Of a stretch of DNA of 64,000 nucleotides, positions 59,611-64,000 are shown in pieces; within the stretch, counting starts at the first letter, position 1; every line of letters starts with the position of its first letter. The position numbers and the translations under genes were made by a program. Origin of the DNA: Phoronis australis (Eukaryota; Animalia; Phoronida); assembly GCA_002633005.1 (NCBI GenBank), contig NMRA01000397.1:1-64000 (forward strand). The letters are read 5' to 3'. The notes under the pieces were generated by a model. The model was not told where the DNA came from. It did no database searches and saw only the letters and a list, made by a program, of their open reading frames with translations.

Positions 59611-59772
59611 TTCCTCAGAGTCAGTAATGTTCAACTTAAATGTGATTATGGCAATGGTGTATTTTTAGTGGGCTTGAGCTTTCTGGAATCTATGCAAGTG
59701 ATTCTGCCTGTGACGACGAAGCTTTGAGGTATGTATCCAGGCCATTCGTTACAAGGTGATTTGAAAGTACTG

Positions 59773-59995
59773 GGGCCTGTTCCAAGAAGCTGACAAGTTC
59801 ATTGTTTGACTTAAGTTTAAGACTTGTCTTAACTTGCAAACTTTGGAACTTCCAATTTTGGTAAGTTAAGACAAAACTTATGTCAAACTTAAAATCGCTT
59901 TCTTGAATTGGTTTTGAGACAAATTTAACTTTATTTTAAAATTTTCTTAAATTTGAAATTTGTCTTAGCTAACTCAGTTCTGTATGAACGGGCCC
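59773..59995. mobile_element. Harbinger-like foldback MITE
   Basis: Ends gggcctgttcc and gaacgggccc with internal ttaag repeats. A related copy lies at ~25645-25838. Confidence 0.6.
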
Positions 59996-62900
59996 TTGAT
60001 CTTTTAAAAATTGAGAGAATTAGTCAGTGCTTATGCATTATCTTGACAACAAATTCTTTAGTATTGTAACTGATAATTGAATTGTGAAATATTTTGTGCA
60101 TGTAATATACATGGTATATTCCCATAAAAATGAATTTTTCTACATGTCTGTTATGGTCAGGAATGGTGTGCATACGTTTCTCTTCTAAGCATGACTGAAT
60201 TTTGCATACTCTGTATACATGCATTGTATATATTTGTGATTTGCAGAAATGTAACTAAAAGTGAATGCATCAAAAAGCAGATGGGCAGCAGTGTGTTTTC
60301 TAAGTTCTAAGTATAAAGGCCATGTCGTACATGGTTCGGTTTCTATATATTATACCTGAATCGTGGTTAGACGATATGTGCTGAAATCCAATAAATACAG
60401 ACTGACTAATGCTAAACAATTTAAGCAAGCGAAGCACTTGAACATTTGAATTTCTATATTACAGGCTAACGATTGATGTTTCTGAGGACATAGCATGCAA
60501 TGACATGGACAATGACTGTAAGTGCAACATAACCATTGGGTACACATATAAATTATGAGTTATGCAATTTTTTATAAAAATACATCATTATTGTTCAATG
60601 CTGACAATGTTGATGTTTTTTGTGGAAATATATCTTCTACTGACTATTGGTCTAGTTCGGTGCGTGGACAGCTATGGATCTCGGGTTTGAGGCCCTGACA
60701 GGGCAGAAATCCTTTCACAGTAGTAACCATTAGGTTCCGCAAACTGACTAAAGAAGGCGTCATCAAGCGTTATATGCATAAAACATTTGAATTCTGAAAG
60801 AACTGTATTTAACTGTTCTCCAGTGCACATGTTGCAAGCCATGTTACTTAGTAGTTCAACTGCATTACAGGGGCCAGGTGTTGTTTCCTTTTTTAAATTT
60901 TACTGGGCAAGATCATCACGCTTTCTCTTGTTGCAGTCCAGAAAGTATCCTTGATGATGTGGATATTAGCGATGTCAGATTTGGAGATGAAGAATTTGGT
61001 GGAGAAGAAGTTGCAGGAGATAGCATCAATAGGTACCGCGATGGAGATTATGATGATGCGTTGTCCACAGGATTCATGATGCAGCTGGTACACACTCAGC
61101 TGTGGACAATAGCAAATTCATTGTTCTTATGACACCCTCCCTTCCATTTCAAATTTTATCAACGTGTCTTGCAAAGAATGTCAGCGATGTTCGGATTTCC
61201 TCTTCTGTTAAAGGCTCAACACAGTCTTTCTACCACCTTCTCCGAAAGGTGTCGCACTTGCTCATTTGGTCATTGCATTTATTCTTCTCTGAAAATAATG
61301 AGATTTTTCACCAATTACAGAAAGGAGATATTTATCCCATCTTGTATTCTTATAATTCACTTAGATACAAGCTCATCTCACTATTAGAACAAACTGGAAT
61401 TGAATTCAATAGTTGATGTCACATCTTATTGTGCATCATTAGAGAAATGATAACCACATGAAAATCTGCGTAAAATGTAGTGGCTCCTAATTTCTTCAAG
61501 ATGTAACATGACTTAGATTGTAAAGTGTAGGATGTCATATATGTTTACAAATCATAAATGCTTCTTTGAACTAGAGTTTTTGAGTTGCTTTTTCACATGT
61601 TTAGTGTTCATGATGAAGTACCTGTACGTTAGTTTGACGATATGCATAAGCTTGCAGACCACGTTGAGCTGGGGTCACTGAGGCTGGACCTGTAGTAGCT
61701 GTAGCGACTGACCTCTCTTTACTTCCTCTACCTTGTCTTATACTTACACCTCTCTTTGTTCTCCTGGCTCTCCCATATACCCTATTGAAATAAACAGGCC
61801 TTTCAAATTTCACATAAAGTCTCGAAGGTCATGAAAAGCCATGCCTAACATTGGATGTAATTTCCAAACCAAAATAAATGCTTCAAACAGGATTGGTAAT
61901 GTGTGAAAATATTCTGTTTGTGACAGCATTCTATTAGCGAGGTCTCGGCCTCAGTATGTCTAAACTCTTGTCAGGTTCTATCCCATGGATAGGTGGGCGC
62001 AGGTTGTCACTGATCTATTTTAGTAGGTTTTTGGTGCAATGGTAGACTGAACACTGGTTCGAGTTACGTCTGTTTTATGCTCTGCCAGTACAAAGCCTGG
62101 ACTTGTGAATCACTTTCAGCACCTGCTACAATTGTTGGTTCAACACAGTCAAGTTGCTCAAATGGCATAACCTCATATTTCATGCATTATGTAACTTTGT
62201 ATCCTTCCATGAGTCCATACATCATTGATTTTTTCATTGTAGTGAGAAGTAAGTGAAGGTCAGCTCAATAAAACAAAAGTTGATTGCAAACCACAGATTT
62301 GTGCAAATCCCTAAATTGCTAAGTGCTTGTAGTTATAGTCATTGAAAATGTGTAACATACTTTGAAGAAAAACATGATTATTTAGATCATGATGATGCTC
62401 AATAAAATAAAAGGTTTTGAATGCTGTTGGGACTGAATGTTCATGTTGATGCCGTGCATTAGCAGTACATCTTTCGCCACTGTGATTGGGTTTCTTTTAG
62501 TAAGCCAGTCCTTTCTAGTGGTTGCAATAGNTATGGCAAATATAAGAGAAGGTAACTTACCTCTAGGTAAACCCTGACTAGGTCTTGCGTATGGCTGAAA
62601 CCTCGGAAACTGGCGGTCAACAGCTGTGCTGGATGACTACACATAATAAATTTATTGAGGACAATATTAGTCAGTATATCTTGATAAAATTTGAAGATTG
62701 ATGTGATGAGGTAAAACTTTACCCATTAAAAAATTGCATAAACACCTCAGAAATTTTGTTGGCAAACGTAACAGCTTATAACTTCTTCAGAAATACAACA
62801 GCTGTCAAGTACGCCTGAGGTACTTGTGCAATTTTTGGATAGACAAAATGTATTTCAACACTCAAAGTTTAGTTCACCATTCACGTTTAGAAACGTTTGA

Positions 62901-63739
62901 AGATGCAATTTTGTTTCTCTACACTGCTTTTAAATCATTAACACATTAATTTAGCTTAACTCGTTAAAAACTAACATCTTAAAAACTGCAAAACGACATT
63001 TAGAAGAAATGGAAAAGAAAGATGATATTACACGTGTTTTCCCTTGGTTCTGAAGATATTTGTTTTGGACCTATTTTATTAAACGGGTACAATAGCCTTC
63101 ACGTGTTCTTTTTTGAAAAGTACTCAATTTCAGTTTCCATGCAGTGAAATTGGGACACAGTCCCACGAAGAGTCTGGAATATATTGCTTTGCTGCTTTCT
63201 TAAAAGTTGAAATAGGAAAAAATGACTTGTTTAGACCAGTTGGTTTACTATGATCGTGGAACTTCTCATGTGCACACCCATGAAGTAATCTTCTAATCTG
63301 TACTTTATTGCATGTACCATAATTCATTGTGGCAAATTCCTCTATTGTGTAATGCAAGCTTTTCAACAACTATGTTGCATGTTGCACTGTCATTGGTTGT
63401 GTTATTTGTTTACAGTCTTGATACATGTACCTGTAAGTGTAATAAAGTTTGTAACGGAGGGGGAGGTTAAAATTAAAGATCAGTGTTCTAATGCTCTAAT
63501 CCCCACATTATTTCTGTCCCACGCAAAAACTGATAACACGTGAATAAAATCAAAATTTCGTGTCGAATGTTTTTAAGCTTTTTCGTTTGTTATGGCACTA
63601 GTAAATTCATATACCTGTTGTACTCTGGGTGTTGGTCTAAACAAACGCCGGTGCTCATCCAATACTTGTTGCTGTTGATTTCCATTACCCTGTACCGGAA
63701 ATTCAAAAGTTTAATCAACTGACAATATTACAATCTCGC

Positions 63740-64000
63740 TAGATTAGTAGTAATGATGCTTATTTCAGAGTCGGTGAGGTTTAACAATGAAACATTACGA
63801 CGAGTACTATAATCCCACAAATTAAAAACCTACGAACTTAAACTACAAAAACTTAACCACAAGCTAATTATACAGTACAGATAAAATACAGAACATAAAC
63901 ATAAATATAAAAGTAAGTGTATCTGAGTATGTGTTACGGGGTGTGTAGACATCTGTAGCAGTTCTCACAACAGCAGTTCACAGAGAAAAAATAATCAATT
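63740..64000 (-). mobile_element. LINE 3' end, same family as 44560-44900
   Basis: Shares gtcggtgag(a/g)tttaac and gtagacatctg.agcagtt.tcacaa.agcag with 44600-44860. Confidence 0.65.

Overview
This window is AT-rich, intron-rich metazoan (probably marine invertebrate, bilaterian) genomic DNA, not prokaryotic. Three spliced genes can be built by hand with consistent GT-AG sites and exon phases: the 3' seven coding exons of CENP-N (+, 4476-22916), a complete 8-exon RPP40 (-, 43553-27844, 357 aa) and ATMIN/ASCIZ (+, 46885-54334, 643 aa, C2H2 fingers plus 11 TQT motifs). RPP40 and ATMIN are head to head. Introns and intergenic DNA are dominated by transposon remains: more than 12 copies of a non-autonomous Helentron/HINE (DINE-1-like) family, Kolobok-type TTAA elements, Tc1/mariner, hAT and Harbinger MITEs, HERO-like RLE and CR1/L2-like LINE fragments, and a Penelope element with a hammerhead motif. 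The most notable signal is that the HINE central repeats are arrays of near-consensus CTCF motifs, one per ~150 bp. Every intronic copy is co-oriented with its host gene. As a result, the motifs converge on the RPP40/ATMIN promoter and diverge at the CENP-N/RPP40 3' junction. Family assignments come from recalled motifs, not from database searches.
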